Positions 1 to 10,218 are shown, counted from the first letter of the stretch. The stretch: 64,000 bases of DNA from an uncultured Bacteroidaceae bacterium (GCA_964406005.1 CAYOPZ010000013.1:886-64885); one strand, 5' to 3'. Notes: a model not told the origin generated them from the letters alone. Program-made: numbers and translations.

Positions 1-2
1 GA

Positions 3-1871
3 AGCGGGAACCCGCTTGTTATCCCTGCACCTCTGGTACCCACTACCTATTATGTAAGGTTTGAAGGGACCTGTGATACTTCTTCGGCCGTGTCCGTTAC
101 GGTGGAAATGAATTCAGGTTCTTCCGCACCTCTTACCGCCGGCTCGGACAGGGATACCATTTGCGGCGGTGACGGAAATATTGTCCTTTCCTACACGGGC
201 GGCAGCCCGGGTACCGGGGCCTCTGCGGAATGGTATGCCGATTCGGCCCTGACGGTCCATGCGGGAACGGGAAACAATCTCAGTATATCCGCCCCCTTGC
301 TGACAACCGCTTATTTTGTGCGCTTTGAAGGCGATTGCGACACAACGGCGGCAGTGGGTACGATCGTCCGGGTATTGCCGGCCAGCCAGCCACCTGCAAG
401 CGTCATCTCGGACAGGGACAGCATCTGTCCGGGAGACGGGATGGTCACAATCAGCTATACGGGCGGATCCTTCGGAGCAGGCGCCAGCGCCGAATGGTAT
501 TCCGACAGCCTCTTCGGCAACTGGCTGGCATCCGGAAACGATATCATAATCCCTGCACCGGATTCCATAAGCACATATTATGTAAGGTTTGAAGGCGATT
601 GCGATACCACGGAAGCGCAGAGTGTAACGGTCCATATAAAGACCCTCTCTGTAGCTCCGGCGGCGGCTGCAAGCAGTTCCGACTCGGTCTGCCCCGGCGA
701 GGGAACCATCACTTTGTCCTATACGGGCGGGGCACCGGGCACCGATGCCGTGGCCGTATGGTACGATGATGCGGGCTTCGGCTCTGCCATCGGCACGGGG
801 AACGACCTGGGCATTCCTTCACCGCTTGCAGGCACTACCTATTATGTACGGTTTGAAGGAGACTGTGATACGACAGCTGCCGTGAGCACCACGGTAGAGG
901 TCTATCCCGCACCTTCGCCCGCATTCACCGAGCAGGACTCGAATGCCTGTATTTCCGGACCGTTGTACCGCTATGCCGTTACAGGATTGGCCGCTTCAGA
1001 CTTTGACTGGTCGGTCACGGGCGGGACCATTGAAAACGATTACGGCGATACGGTAATGGTGAACTGGGGAAGCACGGCCGGGACAGGCAGGATCGCCGTA
1101 GTTGAGACAAGCGCCCGGGGCTGTGTATCCGATACGCTGGACCTTGATGTACGGATCAGCGGTCCCGGTGTGGACCTGGGAGACGACCTGGATATCTGTG
1201 AAGGTACACCGGTGACCATTACACCCATAGAGACGGGCAACATTACCGTTCGCATGTGGGGGGATGAAAGTACCGGTTCCACATACACTGCGGATTCGAC
1301 TGAACTGGTTATGATCCAGGTGTTTGATGATGCAGGATGCACGGCAACCGACAGTGTGCAGGTTACCGCATACCCTGTCCCGGATGTGGATCTGGGCAAT
1401 GATACCGTGCTTTGCGGTGAAATGTCGATGGTCCTTGATGCAGGCAATCCCGGCTCCACCCATGAGTGGTCTACAGGGGAAACCACGCAGCAGATCGAGG
1501 TATTTGCCGGTGCCCGGACAATTTCGGTTACCGTTACCAACACGGCAGGATGCAGCGATGCGGACTCGATCCGGATCAGGCCGTGCTCTCCCAGGGAATT
1601 CCTGTCCGGAATAGCCAATACATTTACGCCCAACGGAGACAATGTGAACGACACCTGGCGAATTGACGAAGCTGATGCCTTCTCGCTGATTGAAATAGAA
1701 ATCTATGACCGCTGGGGCGAACTGGTCTGGAAATCGGCAAGGGGCTATCCGGTTCCGTGGGACGGTAGGAATATGAATGGAAAGGAAATGCCCATGGATT
1801 CGTACTATTATGTCATTCAGCTGAACGACGGATCGGATCCCATCAACGGAACCGTTACAATTGTCAGATGA
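3..1871 (+). CDS. T9SS type-B (gliding-motility-associated CTD) surface protein with tandem Ig-like repeats; 5'-truncated by the window edge
   Basis: The frame is open from nt 3 (SGNPLVIPAPLVPTTYYVRFEGTCD...). The C-terminus NTFTPNGDNVNDTW...IYDRWGELV...WDG...YYYVI...GTVTIVR is a type-B CTD, and a porP/sprF gene follows. Confidence 0.9.
   Translation, partial: SGNPLVIPAPLVPTTYYVRFEGTCDTSSAVSVTVEMNSGSSAPLTAGSDRDTICGGDGNIVLSYTGGSPGTGASAEWYADSALTVHAGTGNNLSISAPLLTTAYFVRFEGDCDTTAAVGTIVRVLPASQPPASVISDRDSICPGDGMVTISYTGGSFGAGASAEWYSDSLFGNWLASGNDIIIPAPDSISTYYVRFEGDCDTTEAQSVTVHIKTLSVAPAAAASSSDSVCPGEGTITLSYTGGAPGTDAVAVWYDDAGFGSAIGTGNDLGIPSPLAGTTYYVRFEGDCDTTAAVSTTVEVYPAPSPAFTEQDSNACISGPLYRYAVTGLAASDFDWSVTGGTIENDYGDTVMVNWGSTAGTGRIAVVETSARGCVSDTLDLDVRISGPGVDLGDDLDICEGTPVTITPIETGNITVRMWGDESTGSTYTADSTELVMIQVFDDAGCTATDSVQVTAYPVPDVDLGNDTVLCGEMSMVLDAGNPGSTHEWSTGETTQQIEVFAGARTISVTVTNTAGCSDADSIRIRPCSPREFLSGIANTFTPNGDNVNDTWRIDEADAFSLIEIEIYDRWGELVWKSARGYPVPWDGRNMNGKEMPMDSYYYVIQLNDGSDPINGTVTIVR
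48..900 (+). repeat. Four intragenic 88-aa Ig-like repeats (Y[YF]VRFEGxCDT), period 264 bp
   Basis: The motif's first Tyr codon lies at 48, 312, 576 and 840. Confidence 0.85.
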
Positions 1872-1895
1872 TATAAAATAAGTATTTTTGGGCAT

Positions 1896-2888
1896 TTGAA
1901 AATCAAACAATATATAAAGGGTGCAATATTCATTGTCATCCTACTGGTTCATCCGTTATCCCGTGCGGATGCACAGCAGTTGCCGCTGTACAGCCAGTAT
2001 ATGATGAACAAGTTCCTGCTCAACCCTGCAGTGGCGGGAAGCGAGGGATACACTTCCTTTAATATCACAGCCAGGGAGCAATGGATCGGAATACAGGATT
2101 CACCAAAAACCCATTCCTTCAGTGCACAGACCAGGATTCTGAGGAACAGTTTTGTAACCAAAACTGCCTCCGTAAAGAAAAAAGAGAGGGGAGCGTCACG
2201 AAGCGGAAAGGTTGGTCTGGGAGGATACGTATTCAATGATCAAACCGGACTTGTAAACCGGACGGGATTGCAGTTGACATATTCGTACCACATTCCCATT
2301 GAGAGGGGACAGCTTTCTTTCGGACTCTCGGGGACAGCATATCAGTTCAAGGTTGACAGGGAGAAAATAAGACTGTATGAGGAAAATGACATCCTTATTA
2401 CGGAATTTGACAATCAGCTTTTCGTACCGGATGCAAACATCGGTGTTTATTATTCCAATCCTTTGTTCTATGCCGGATTGTCTGCCTCCCAACTGTTCCA
2501 GGCATCTCTGAAATTCGGTAAAAGCGGTTATGAGAATTTCAGGCTTTTAAGACATTATTACCTGATCGGCGGATACAACATGGATATCAACGATTACCTG
2601 GTATTCGAGCCTTCCCTGCTGTTGAAAACCTCGGAATTATGGAATTTCCAGCTTGATCTGACCGCCAAGGCATATTTCTATGAAGATTACTGGGCCGGGA
2701 TTTCTTTCCGCACAGGCAATGCGCTGGTTATCATGGGAGGCCTGAAGGTTGATAAGTTTTATTTCGGCTATGCATTCGATTACACCCTCAGCAGTATCAT
2801 GAAGCGCAGTTACGGCTCCCATGAATTCATGCTGGCAATGAAACTGGGAGACAGTGCCAGGAGATACAAGTGGCTGATCAGATACTGA
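1896..2888 (+). CDS. porP: PorP/SprF-family type IX secretion membrane protein
   Basis: QQLPLYSQYMMNKFLLNPAVAG, REQW.G...P.T and C-terminal GYAFD...GSHE motifs; lies directly after a type-B CTD gene. Confidence 0.92.
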   Translation: MKIKQYIKGAIFIVILLVHPLSRADAQQLPLYSQYMMNKFLLNPAVAGSEGYTSFNITAREQWIGIQDSPKTHSFSAQTRILRNSFVTKTASVKKKERGASRSGKVGLGGYVFNDQTGLVNRTGLQLTYSYHIPIERGQLSFGLSGTAYQFKVDREKIRLYEENDILITEFDNQLFVPDANIGVYYSNPLFYAGLSASQLFQASLKFGKSGYENFRLLRHYYLIGGYNMDINDYLVFEPSLLLKTSELWNFQLDLTAKAYFYEDYWAGISFRTGNALVIMGGLKVDKFYFGYAFDYTLSSIMKRSYGSHEFMLAMKLGDSARRYKWLIRY

Positions 2889-2925
2889 TTTAATCCTGAA
2901 TAATTTTTTAATCCTTAATAATTCT

Positions 2926-2933
2926 TACATTTG
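2926..2933 (+). promoter_or_regulatory. Bacteroidota sigma-A -7 element TACATTTG
   Basis: Matches TAnnTTTG, 44 nt upstream of the ATG at 2977. Confidence 0.55.
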
Positions 2934-2976
2934 GGGATTATCCGATAACTGTATCTGTTTTTCTGAAAATATTTAT

Positions 2977-3300
2977 ATGGATCTCATTGACAAAAAATGC
3001 AAGCCCTGCGAAGGAGGTGTTCCGAAGCTCAATGCCGGGGAGATATCCCGGTATCAATCCATGCTCGCCCGACCCTGGGAACTTATTGATGAAACGAAGA
3101 TCGTCAAGGAATTCCGGTTTTCCGATTATCCTTCAGTGATTGCATTTGTAAACGGGGTTGCCGACCTCGCCGAACAGGAAGGCCATCATCCTGTGATGCA
3201 TGTCTTCTTTTCCATGGTAAAAATTGAATTGTGGACACATGCAATACTTGGACTGTCTGAAAATGATTTTATTCTCGCAGCAAAGATTGACAGGCTGTAG
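2977..3300 (+). CDS. phhB: Pterin-4-alpha-carbinolamine dehydratase
   Basis: CKPCEGG, AEQEGHHP and LWTHAILGLSENDFILAAKID signatures. Confidence 0.93.
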   Translation: MDLIDKKCKPCEGGVPKLNAGEISRYQSMLARPWELIDETKIVKEFRFSDYPSVIAFVNGVADLAEQEGHHPVMHVFFSMVKIELWTHAILGLSENDFILAAKIDRL

Positions 3301-5290
3301 GGCGGGATGGAGCGATGGAATCCGGCGTTTCCGGAAATTACGGATCCTGCCGTTGCTGCAGGTGATACTTGCTACCTGGATCTTCCCGCCGGCCGGTGTT
3401 TCAGGTCAGGCGGAAGACCGGGCTATTGCGATTGAGGAAGTTGATATCGTTTCCGACCGGCTCGGGCTCCCTGAGGCCCGGACAGGGCGGCATACAACTG
3501 TGATCACGGGGGAAGATATCCTGAAACTCCCCGTCAATTCCCTGGATGAATTGCTTCGTTTCATACCCTTCCTGGAAACCCAGGCCAGGGGTGGTTTTGG
3601 CGTTCAGTCGGATATCCTTTTGCGAGGAGGCACTTTCAACCAGGTCCTGATACTCCTTGACGGGATGCGTGTCAACGATCCCCTTACCGGACATTTTAAC
3701 AGCTATATCCCGGTTCCCCTCTCGGAAATTTCCAGGATCGAGGTATACAGGGGGCCGGCTTCCTCCCTCTATGGCCCGGATGCAGTCGGAGGCGTCATCA
3801 ATATCATAACCAAGACTTTCCTGGCCGGACCCGGTGAGGACCGGATTGAAGGCCGGCTTGAAGGATGGTACGGACAGCATAACCTTATCCGTTCGAATTC
3901 GGGATTGACTGTCCGGAAGGGACGTTTTAGAACGGGTGCAGGCATATCCCTGAACAGGTCTGACGGACATCCCCTGTCGGCCGACACGCTGCACGGGGAT
4001 TTCAATATAGGGATCCTTTCCGTTTCAATTGCCTTCGATGCCTCTGAAAATATACAGATGGGCATTCGTACTGCATATGACAGCAGGTTGTTCAATGCAC
4101 AGTATTTTTATACCAACAGTCCGTTTGACCTTTCCAGGGAGCAGGTCACGAAATTGTGGAACCAGGCATTTGTCCGGTTCCGGCTGAACGATTTCAATAC
4201 CCTGACATTCCAGGCAGGTTACGAGACCACTGCCGACTCCTTTCTTTTCAGCCCCGGCTTCCCTGCAAATACCCATCGGTCACATTATCATAATTACCAG
4301 GTGAATCATCTGTATATTACGCCGGGAGGTTTCAGGCTTACCTCGGGCGTTCAGGCAGACCTTAAAAGGATCTTCAGTTCAGACAGAGGAGATCATAATA
4401 ACTGGCATTCAGGGATATATTCCATGCTCTCCAGGAATGTATCCCGGAATGCAACACTGAGCGGAGGGTTCAGAATTGATCATGATCCGGGATACGGCCT
4501 GGAGGTCCTGCCGCAGGTGAATGCAGCGTGGTCGGTGAAGACATGGAATATCAGGGGATCCGTCGGGCGGTCCATCCGGGCCCCGGATTTTACGGAACTG
4601 TATGTGTCGACCGGGCTCCCGGGACCGCTTTCTGCCGGCAGGAACCTGGGAAATCCGGACCTCCTGGCCGAAAAAGCATGGAGCATTGAAGCGGGGGTTG
4701 ACAAGTCTTTCAATTCCGGAATACAGGTGAAATCCACCCTGTTTTATCGTTTTTCAAGAGACCTGATCGATTATACGGTAACACCCGCCGGCGAAATAGA
4801 AAACAACTCGAACCTGATTCCGGGAGAGAGTTATTTCTGGGCCAGTAACATAGGATTGCTGAATACCTGGGGTATGGAAGTTCAACTGAAAGGATACCAT
4901 GAACTGAAAGGGGGACTTGTGTTTGACTGGGAGCTGGCATTCCAGGCACTTGAAAGCAACAATGAGGAAGGGCTCGTCTCAAAGTATCTGTCGACCCATG
5001 CAAAAAAACTGTTGAACGGAAGGGTGGGACTGTCAAACGAGTCTTTCAGCCTGCATGTTACATCCCTGTATAAGAACAGGGATGCTGCCGAAGAAGAAGC
5101 CATTGATGAATCACTGAAGAGGAATTACGCCCTGGCCGGCCTTCGGGCGGATAAATATTTCCTGGACACCAAGCTCGTTTTAAGCCTCCAGGCAAATAAC
5201 CTTTTCGACCTGTCATATGCCGATGTTCTGGGTGCACGAATGCCCGGGAGATGGATTTCCGGGGGAGTTACCTGGAATTTTAACCGGTAA
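3287..5290 (+). CDS. TonB-dependent outer-membrane receptor (BtuB/CirA-like); start uncertain (TTG at 3287 chosen, ORF open from 3224)
   Basis: Plug-domain motifs LRGGTFNQVLILLDG and RIEVYRGPASSLYGPDAVGGVINIIT; GNPDL..EKA motif; aromatic C-terminus. Confidence 0.88.
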   Translation: MTGCRAGWSDGIRRFRKLRILPLLQVILATWIFPPAGVSGQAEDRAIAIEEVDIVSDRLGLPEARTGRHTTVITGEDILKLPVNSLDELLRFIPFLETQARGGFGVQSDILLRGGTFNQVLILLDGMRVNDPLTGHFNSYIPVPLSEISRIEVYRGPASSLYGPDAVGGVINIITKTFLAGPGEDRIEGRLEGWYGQHNLIRSNSGLTVRKGRFRTGAGISLNRSDGHPLSADTLHGDFNIGILSVSIAFDASENIQMGIRTAYDSRLFNAQYFYTNSPFDLSREQVTKLWNQAFVRFRLNDFNTLTFQAGYETTADSFLFSPGFPANTHRSHYHNYQVNHLYITPGGFRLTSGVQADLKRIFSSDRGDHNNWHSGIYSMLSRNVSRNATLSGGFRIDHDPGYGLEVLPQVNAAWSVKTWNIRGSVGRSIRAPDFTELYVSTGLPGPLSAGRNLGNPDLLAEKAWSIEAGVDKSFNSGIQVKSTLFYRFSRDLIDYTVTPAGEIENNSNLIPGESYFWASNIGLLNTWGMEVQLKGYHELKGGLVFDWELAFQALESNNEEGLVSKYLSTHAKKLLNGRVGLSNESFSLHVTSLYKNRDAAEEEAIDESLKRNYALAGLRADKYFLDTKLVLSLQANNLFDLSYADVLGARMPGRWISGGVTWNFNR

Positions 5291-5338
5291 ATCCCCACCG
5301 TTCACCGATTATTTTTTCCATAAACAGCAATACATCCG

Positions 5339-5346
5339 TAGATTTG
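5339..5346 (+). promoter_or_regulatory. -7 promoter element TAGATTTG
   Basis: TAnnTTTG match 34 nt upstream of the ATG at 5380. Confidence 0.5.
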
Positions 5347-5379
5347 TAACCTGACTACCAACCGTGGAGGCAATATACT

Positions 5380-6072
5380 ATGGAACATCAAAGAAACAAT
5401 AAGAGGGCTCTTCTGGGTTTGTTGCTCGTAATACTGGGCACAGCCCTTATCGCATCCAATTTTCATCTTTTCCCTCTGAACTGGAAACCTGTTGTATTCT
5501 CCTGGCAGGGCCTGCTTATCCTGATCGGGCTGTTTTTTCTTTTGGTACGCGAGTCCAAGTCCACGGGCTGGATACTTATCGGCGTCGGGGGGTTTTTCCT
5601 TATTCCGCACATATGGGAGGTTCCCGACGGATGGAACCAAATGTTCTGGCCCGTACTGTTGCTGGGTATCGGTCTGATACTTCTTGTGAGGGGCGTTTCA
5701 AGAAGGCGGACAGATGAGGATGAAGGATCGGATGTTATAGATGATATGGCGATTTTCGGGGGAGGGGACAGAATGATCTCTTCCCGGAATTTCAAGGGTG
5801 GGAGGCTGACGGCCATTTTTGGCGGGAACAAGTACAACATGCTGAATGCAGAACTGGCCAAGGGCCGGAATGTCATCGACATATTCACCATGTTCGGCGG
5901 GTGTAAGTTCATTATTCCTTCGGAATGGGAAGTCAAAATTGAAGTCTCAGCCCTTTTCGGGGGCTTTTCCGACAAACGCCAATTCCACAAGGATGTGCCC
6001 AGAGATCCAAGCAGGGAACTGATAATCAAGGGTCTTGCCTTTTTCGGAGGAGGCGATATCGTAAGCTTCTAA
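5380..6072 (+). CDS. LiaF/DUF5668-like membrane protein (cell-envelope response accessory protein)
   Basis: Four N-terminal TM helices, then repeated AIFGG/TMFGG/ALFGG beta-solenoid motifs; first gene of the LytS/LytTR operon. Confidence 0.8.
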   Translation: MEHQRNNKRALLGLLLVILGTALIASNFHLFPLNWKPVVFSWQGLLILIGLFFLLVRESKSTGWILIGVGGFFLIPHIWEVPDGWNQMFWPVLLLGIGLILLVRGVSRRRTDEDEGSDVIDDMAIFGGGDRMISSRNFKGGRLTAIFGGNKYNMLNAELAKGRNVIDIFTMFGGCKFIIPSEWEVKIEVSALFGGFSDKRQFHKDVPRDPSRELIIKGLAFFGGGDIVSF

Positions 6073-6082
6073 GTCTGGAACC

Positions 6083-7132
6083 ATGCCCAATCCATTTCTG
6101 GAACGCAACAAACATTTGTATGCCTACGGGATCACCTGGTTGTTCATTGCCCTGATCCAGACCTTTCTCATTTATTTTGCCGCAGACCTGGAATTGTACG
6201 TGGCCCTTACCGACAGCCTTGTATTTAATTTTCTTTTCGCGGTTCTGGCCATGACTATCTGGTATCCCATCCGATATGGAAATCCGGAGGGAAAACTGAG
6301 CTTGAGCATAGTCATTACCTATATTATTGTGGGTGTTGTAATTATAACAGGATGGTTGCTTCTCGGATTCGTGATCCTGAAGGCCATTCTTGTCGACGAT
6401 GAAAATTATTTCTCTTTTTTGAATGATTCCTTTGTAGCCCGCCTGGCCATCGGGATATTATATTACGGGGTGGTGCTGCTGGCCTACCACCTGTTTATTT
6501 ACGGAAGGGAACTTGAAGCCAAAAAACTGAATGAAGCGCAGCTGGGCCTGCTTGTAAAGGAATCGGAACTAAGTATGCTTCGCTCCCAGCTGAATCCCCA
6601 TTTCCTGTTTAACAGCCTGAATTCCATCAGCGCGCTGACCCTTTCGGATCCGGAAAGAGCCCGTGACATGATCATCAAATTATCGGATTTTCTCCGCTAC
6701 GCACTCAGGCATGGAGAAAGGGAAAAGACAAAGCTTTCCGAGGAGATTCGGAATATAGACCTGTACCTGGAGATTGAGAAAATCCGTTTTGGCGACAAAC
6801 TTGTCTTTGAAAAAGAGATCGGTCCGGGCTGTGAGGAGGGAACCATTCCCAACATGATACTTCAACCCCTGTTTGAAAATTCAATCAAGCACGGTGTATA
6901 CGAAAGTACCGAACCCATCCTGATAAAGCTGAACTGCAAAGGGGGGGAGAGCGGAATGGAAATTACAATCAGGAATAATTATGAATCAGGGCAGGTCTCC
7001 AGAAGGGGTGCGGGCATAGGCCTGAAGAATGTCAGGAACAGGCTTTTGCTGATATATTCAAAAGACGATCTGTTATCGGTTCATCAATCGGAAAACATAT
7101 TCGAGGTAAAATTAATTATCCCGCAAACATAG
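6083..7132 (+). CDS. LytS/YehU-family sensor histidine kinase
   Basis: LRSQLNPHFLFNSLNSI, LQPLFENSIKHG and GAGIGLKNVRNRL motifs; N-terminal TM segments. Confidence 0.93.
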   Translation: MPNPFLERNKHLYAYGITWLFIALIQTFLIYFAADLELYVALTDSLVFNFLFAVLAMTIWYPIRYGNPEGKLSLSIVITYIIVGVVIITGWLLLGFVILKAILVDDENYFSFLNDSFVARLAIGILYYGVVLLAYHLFIYGRELEAKKLNEAQLGLLVKESELSMLRSQLNPHFLFNSLNSISALTLSDPERARDMIIKLSDFLRYALRHGEREKTKLSEEIRNIDLYLEIEKIRFGDKLVFEKEIGPGCEEGTIPNMILQPLFENSIKHGVYESTEPILIKLNCKGGESGMEITIRNNYESGQVSRRGAGIGLKNVRNRLLLIYSKDDLLSVHQSENIFEVKLIIPQT

Positions 7133-7141
7133 ACAGTAATC

Positions 7142-7882
7142 ATGATAAAGACCATAATCGTTGAGGATGAAAAGCTGGCAAGGGACCTGATCAGGGATTA
7201 CCTGGGTGAGCATAAGGATTTCGTAATATCCGGTGAATACGAAGACGGATTCAGCGGTCTGAAAGCCATAAACGAAAAAAAACCCGGCCTGGTTTTCCTG
7301 GATATACAAATGCCAAAACTCACGGGATTTGAAATGCTCGAAGTGCTTGAACACCATCCGGCAATCATATTTACAACCGCTTACGACCAGTTTGCGCTGA
7401 AAGCCTTCGAACACAATGCAGTGGATTACCTGTTAAAGCCTTATTCAAGGGAAAGGTTCGAAGAAGCCGTTTCCAAAGCCCGTGAACGCATAGGCAGAGG
7501 CGACACGGATTCAATCGGAAAGCTGGTCAGGCACCGCGACACCCATGGGGAGGAACTGCAAAGAATTGTCGTAAAGTCGCATTCAATGATCCATGTTATT
7601 CCGGTGAGCGGGATTCTGTACCTGGAAGCACAGGACGATTACGTTATGATCTATACCCGGGATTCCAGATACCTGAAGCAGAGAACGATGAAATATTTTG
7701 AATCCCATCTTCCGGGAGATGAGTTTGTGCGGATACACCGGTCTTACATTGTGAGGATCGCAGAGATATCACAACTGCAGCTTTATGAAAAGGAATCGTA
7801 CATCATTCTACTGAAAAACGGGACCAGGCTGCCGGTCAGCAAAACAGGCCTTCCAAGGCTGAAGCGGCAACTGGATTTCTAG
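7142..7882 (+). CDS. LytTR-family response regulator
   Basis: Receiver domain VEDE...FLDIQMP...TTAYD...DYLLKP; LytTR motif FVRIHRSYIV. Confidence 0.95.
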   Translation: MIKTIIVEDEKLARDLIRDYLGEHKDFVISGEYEDGFSGLKAINEKKPGLVFLDIQMPKLTGFEMLEVLEHHPAIIFTTAYDQFALKAFEHNAVDYLLKPYSRERFEEAVSKARERIGRGDTDSIGKLVRHRDTHGEELQRIVVKSHSMIHVIPVSGILYLEAQDDYVMIYTRDSRYLKQRTMKYFESHLPGDEFVRIHRSYIVRIAEISQLQLYEKESYIILLKNGTRLPVSKTGLPRLKRQLDF

Positions 7883-7932
7883 TTTGCACAGGACCATTAT
7901 TTAAGTAATTTTAAGCTTTATTCATTTTCGGG

Positions 7933-8838
7933 ATGAAACCAGCATTGCTGATTATGGCTGCCGGTATAGGCAGCCGCTATGGCGGGCTGAAGCAGATTGA
8001 AGCCATCGGTCCTTCCGGGGAAGCCATTATCGAATACTCCATATATGATGCCCTCCGGGCCGGATTCGGAAGAATCGTCTTCGTGATCAGGAAAGACATA
8101 GAAAAAGCTTGCAGGGAAATGTTTGAGCCAAAGCTTTCCGGCAGGGTGGATATGGATTTCGTGTTTCAGGAACTGGACATGGTTCCGGCCGGATTTAAAT
8201 GTCCTGACGGCCGGGTTAAACCCTGGGGAACCGCACATGCTGTCTGGGTGGCCAGAAATCATATCAGGGAACCGTTTGTTGTAATCAACGCCGACGATTT
8301 TTACGGGGCCGGAAGCTACGGGACCATGGCCCGGTATTTTAAGGATGGTGATCCCCAGAGCAAAATGTACGGCATGATCGGCTACCAGGTACGGCATACC
8401 CTGTCGGAATTCGGTTCGGTATCGAGGGGTATCTGCGAGGTTAACGGGGACGGATTCCTGAAAGCGATCGTGGAACGTACTGAAATCGTGAAAAAAAAGA
8501 AAGATTTTTATTTTTCAGACGAAACCGGCCGGCATGTGAAGCTGCAGGGAGATGAACCGGTATCGATGAACTTCTGGGGATTCACACCCTCCATTTTTGA
8601 ACAGATTGAGACTGCATTTACGGAATTTATCGGGGGAATTTCAGATAAGATCAAATCTGAAATACTTTTGCCTTCGGTGGTGAATGACCTCATCCCCGGG
8701 AATATGGCGAAAGTTAAGGTCCTGCCGGCAATCGATCAATGGTTCGGGGTCACATACAAAGAGGATAAACAGCTGGCCGTTGAGCATATCCGGAATCTGG
8801 TTACCCGCGGACTTTATCCCAAAAGATTATGGGCGTAG
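7933..8838 (+). CDS. Sugar-phosphate nucleotidyltransferase (NTP_transferase family)
   Basis: MAAGIGSRYGGLKQ, KPWGTAHA, VINADDFYG and VSMNFWGF motifs. Confidence 0.9.
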   Translation: MKPALLIMAAGIGSRYGGLKQIEAIGPSGEAIIEYSIYDALRAGFGRIVFVIRKDIEKACREMFEPKLSGRVDMDFVFQELDMVPAGFKCPDGRVKPWGTAHAVWVARNHIREPFVVINADDFYGAGSYGTMARYFKDGDPQSKMYGMIGYQVRHTLSEFGSVSRGICEVNGDGFLKAIVERTEIVKKKKDFYFSDETGRHVKLQGDEPVSMNFWGFTPSIFEQIETAFTEFIGGISDKIKSEILLPSVVNDLIPGNMAKVKVLPAIDQWFGVTYKEDKQLAVEHIRNLVTRGLYPKRLWA

Positions 8839-8842
8839 AAGG

Positions 8843-9928
8843 ATGATTGATTTTTCCGACATTTTTGCATCTTTCGACATTAACGGTGCATACGGGTCAT
8901 GCGTACCTCACGGATCGGGCCTTATACACGAGACCTTTCTGCTGGAGACTTCCGGGAACGGCAGCCCTGGTAAATATATACTGCAACGGATGAATACCCA
9001 GGTTTTCCGAAAGCCCGAGGCAGTGCAGGACAACCTGCGAAGGATCCTGGATCACCTGAAAAGAGAAAGGAAAGACAGGACACCGGATGATACGGTTGAC
9101 CTGGAACTGATTAATGCCAGAGACGGGAATAATTATATGACAGATGCCCTTGGGAATTACTGGAGATGTTTCAGGTATATTGAGGGGAGCTACGTATTGG
9201 AAAATGTCGGGAATCCTGATCAGGCTTATGAAGGCGCCAGATTATTCGGACATTTTGCAGCACGGTTGAGAAATTATAACCCCCGCCGCCTGCACATCAC
9301 CATCCCGGATTTTTTAAATATTGAAACGAGGCTCCGCCAGTTGATGATTGCCCGGCTTGCCGATCCGTTGGGGAGATTGAAACAGGCATCCGGAGAACTG
9401 GGTGTAATCCTCAGGCACCGGATGATCTCCCGGGATTATATAAGAATTCAGTACGCCCTGCCCGAACGGGTGACCCATAACGATACCAGGATCTCCAATA
9501 TCCTTTTCAACAGGGAAACAGGCAAGGGGCTCAGCATTACAGACCTGGATACTGTGATGACGGGAACCCTGCTTACGGATTTCGGTGATATGGTAAGAAC
9601 TTTTACAGCAGAGGGAGGTGAGGAAGAAAAAAAGCCTGAAAGGATCCGCTGTAATCCGGATTTGTTCAGGGGGGTGTTTGACGGATTCATGACAGGTGCC
9701 GGGGGAATTATAGCAGAGGTTGAGAAAGCCAATCTACTGAAGGGGGCAAAACTGATGGCTTATATGCAGGCTGTGCGGTTTCTGACAGACTTCCTGAACG
9801 GGGATGTATATTACAAAGTCACTTACCCCGACCAGAACCTTGATCGTACGAAGAACCAGTTAAAACTGCTTGATTCCCTGCTTGAACAGGAAAACCGGTT
9901 TCAGGGGATCATTGACAATAATTTTTAA
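8843..9928 (+). CDS. APH-fold sugar kinase (N-acetylhexosamine 1-kinase-like)
   Basis: GSGLIHETF, YILQRMN, RVTHNDTRISNILF and DLDTVM...DFGDMVR motifs; in-frame ATG at 8843 just after the upstream stop. Confidence 0.85.
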   Translation: MIDFSDIFASFDINGAYGSCVPHGSGLIHETFLLETSGNGSPGKYILQRMNTQVFRKPEAVQDNLRRILDHLKRERKDRTPDDTVDLELINARDGNNYMTDALGNYWRCFRYIEGSYVLENVGNPDQAYEGARLFGHFAARLRNYNPRRLHITIPDFLNIETRLRQLMIARLADPLGRLKQASGELGVILRHRMISRDYIRIQYALPERVTHNDTRISNILFNRETGKGLSITDLDTVMTGTLLTDFGDMVRTFTAEGGEEEKKPERIRCNPDLFRGVFDGFMTGAGGIIAEVEKANLLKGAKLMAYMQAVRFLTDFLNGDVYYKVTYPDQNLDRTKNQLKLLDSLLEQENRFQGIIDNNF

Positions 9929-9949
9929 TTTTGATGCAATAACCGAACC

Positions 9950-10192
9950 ATGGAAGACCTATTTAGCCGTAAAGGGAATAAGAACAAACCGAAGTTTGTT
10001 GATCTTGACGGGCAACCCCTGCACGAGGGAGATACCGTGATGTCACTCAGATATGATCTCGGAGAATGCATTATCATCAAAACAGAAACAGGAATGGTGT
10101 ATGAATCACTGAACTCAGGGGATCAGGTCAGTTATGCCAGAATGATCGACGCTGCTACCGGCCATCAAAAGGTCAGGCTTCTGAGCTCCTGA
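9950..10192 (+). CDS. Small hypothetical protein (80 aa)
   Basis: ORF fills the gap, has a TAATTTTG -7 element at 9926-9933 and a plausible composition. Confidence 0.65.
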   Translation: MEDLFSRKGNKNKPKFVDLDGQPLHEGDTVMSLRYDLGECIIIKTETGMVYESLNSGDQVSYARMIDAATGHQKVRLLSS

Positions 10193-10218
10193 GGAATTAT
10201 TTTTCAACGGGCAGAATT

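Noticed and set aside
996-1910. 304-aa minus-strand ORF, and similar long antisense ORFs at 11165-12022, 57184-57957 and 60645-61490
   Set aside because: They overlap well-supported genes on the opposite strand and have no domain signatures.
2889-3300. Cobalamin riboswitch upstream of the BtuB-like receptor
   Set aside because: No B12-box or conserved riboswitch elements seen, and the region is mostly occupied by phhB.
5297-5305. ACCGTTCAC as a LytTR binding site
   Set aside because: No second direct repeat at the expected spacing of about 21-22 bp.
8684-8842. N-terminal extension of the kinase ORF
   Set aside because: Overlaps the nucleotidyltransferase gene; the ATG at 8843 fits operon spacing.
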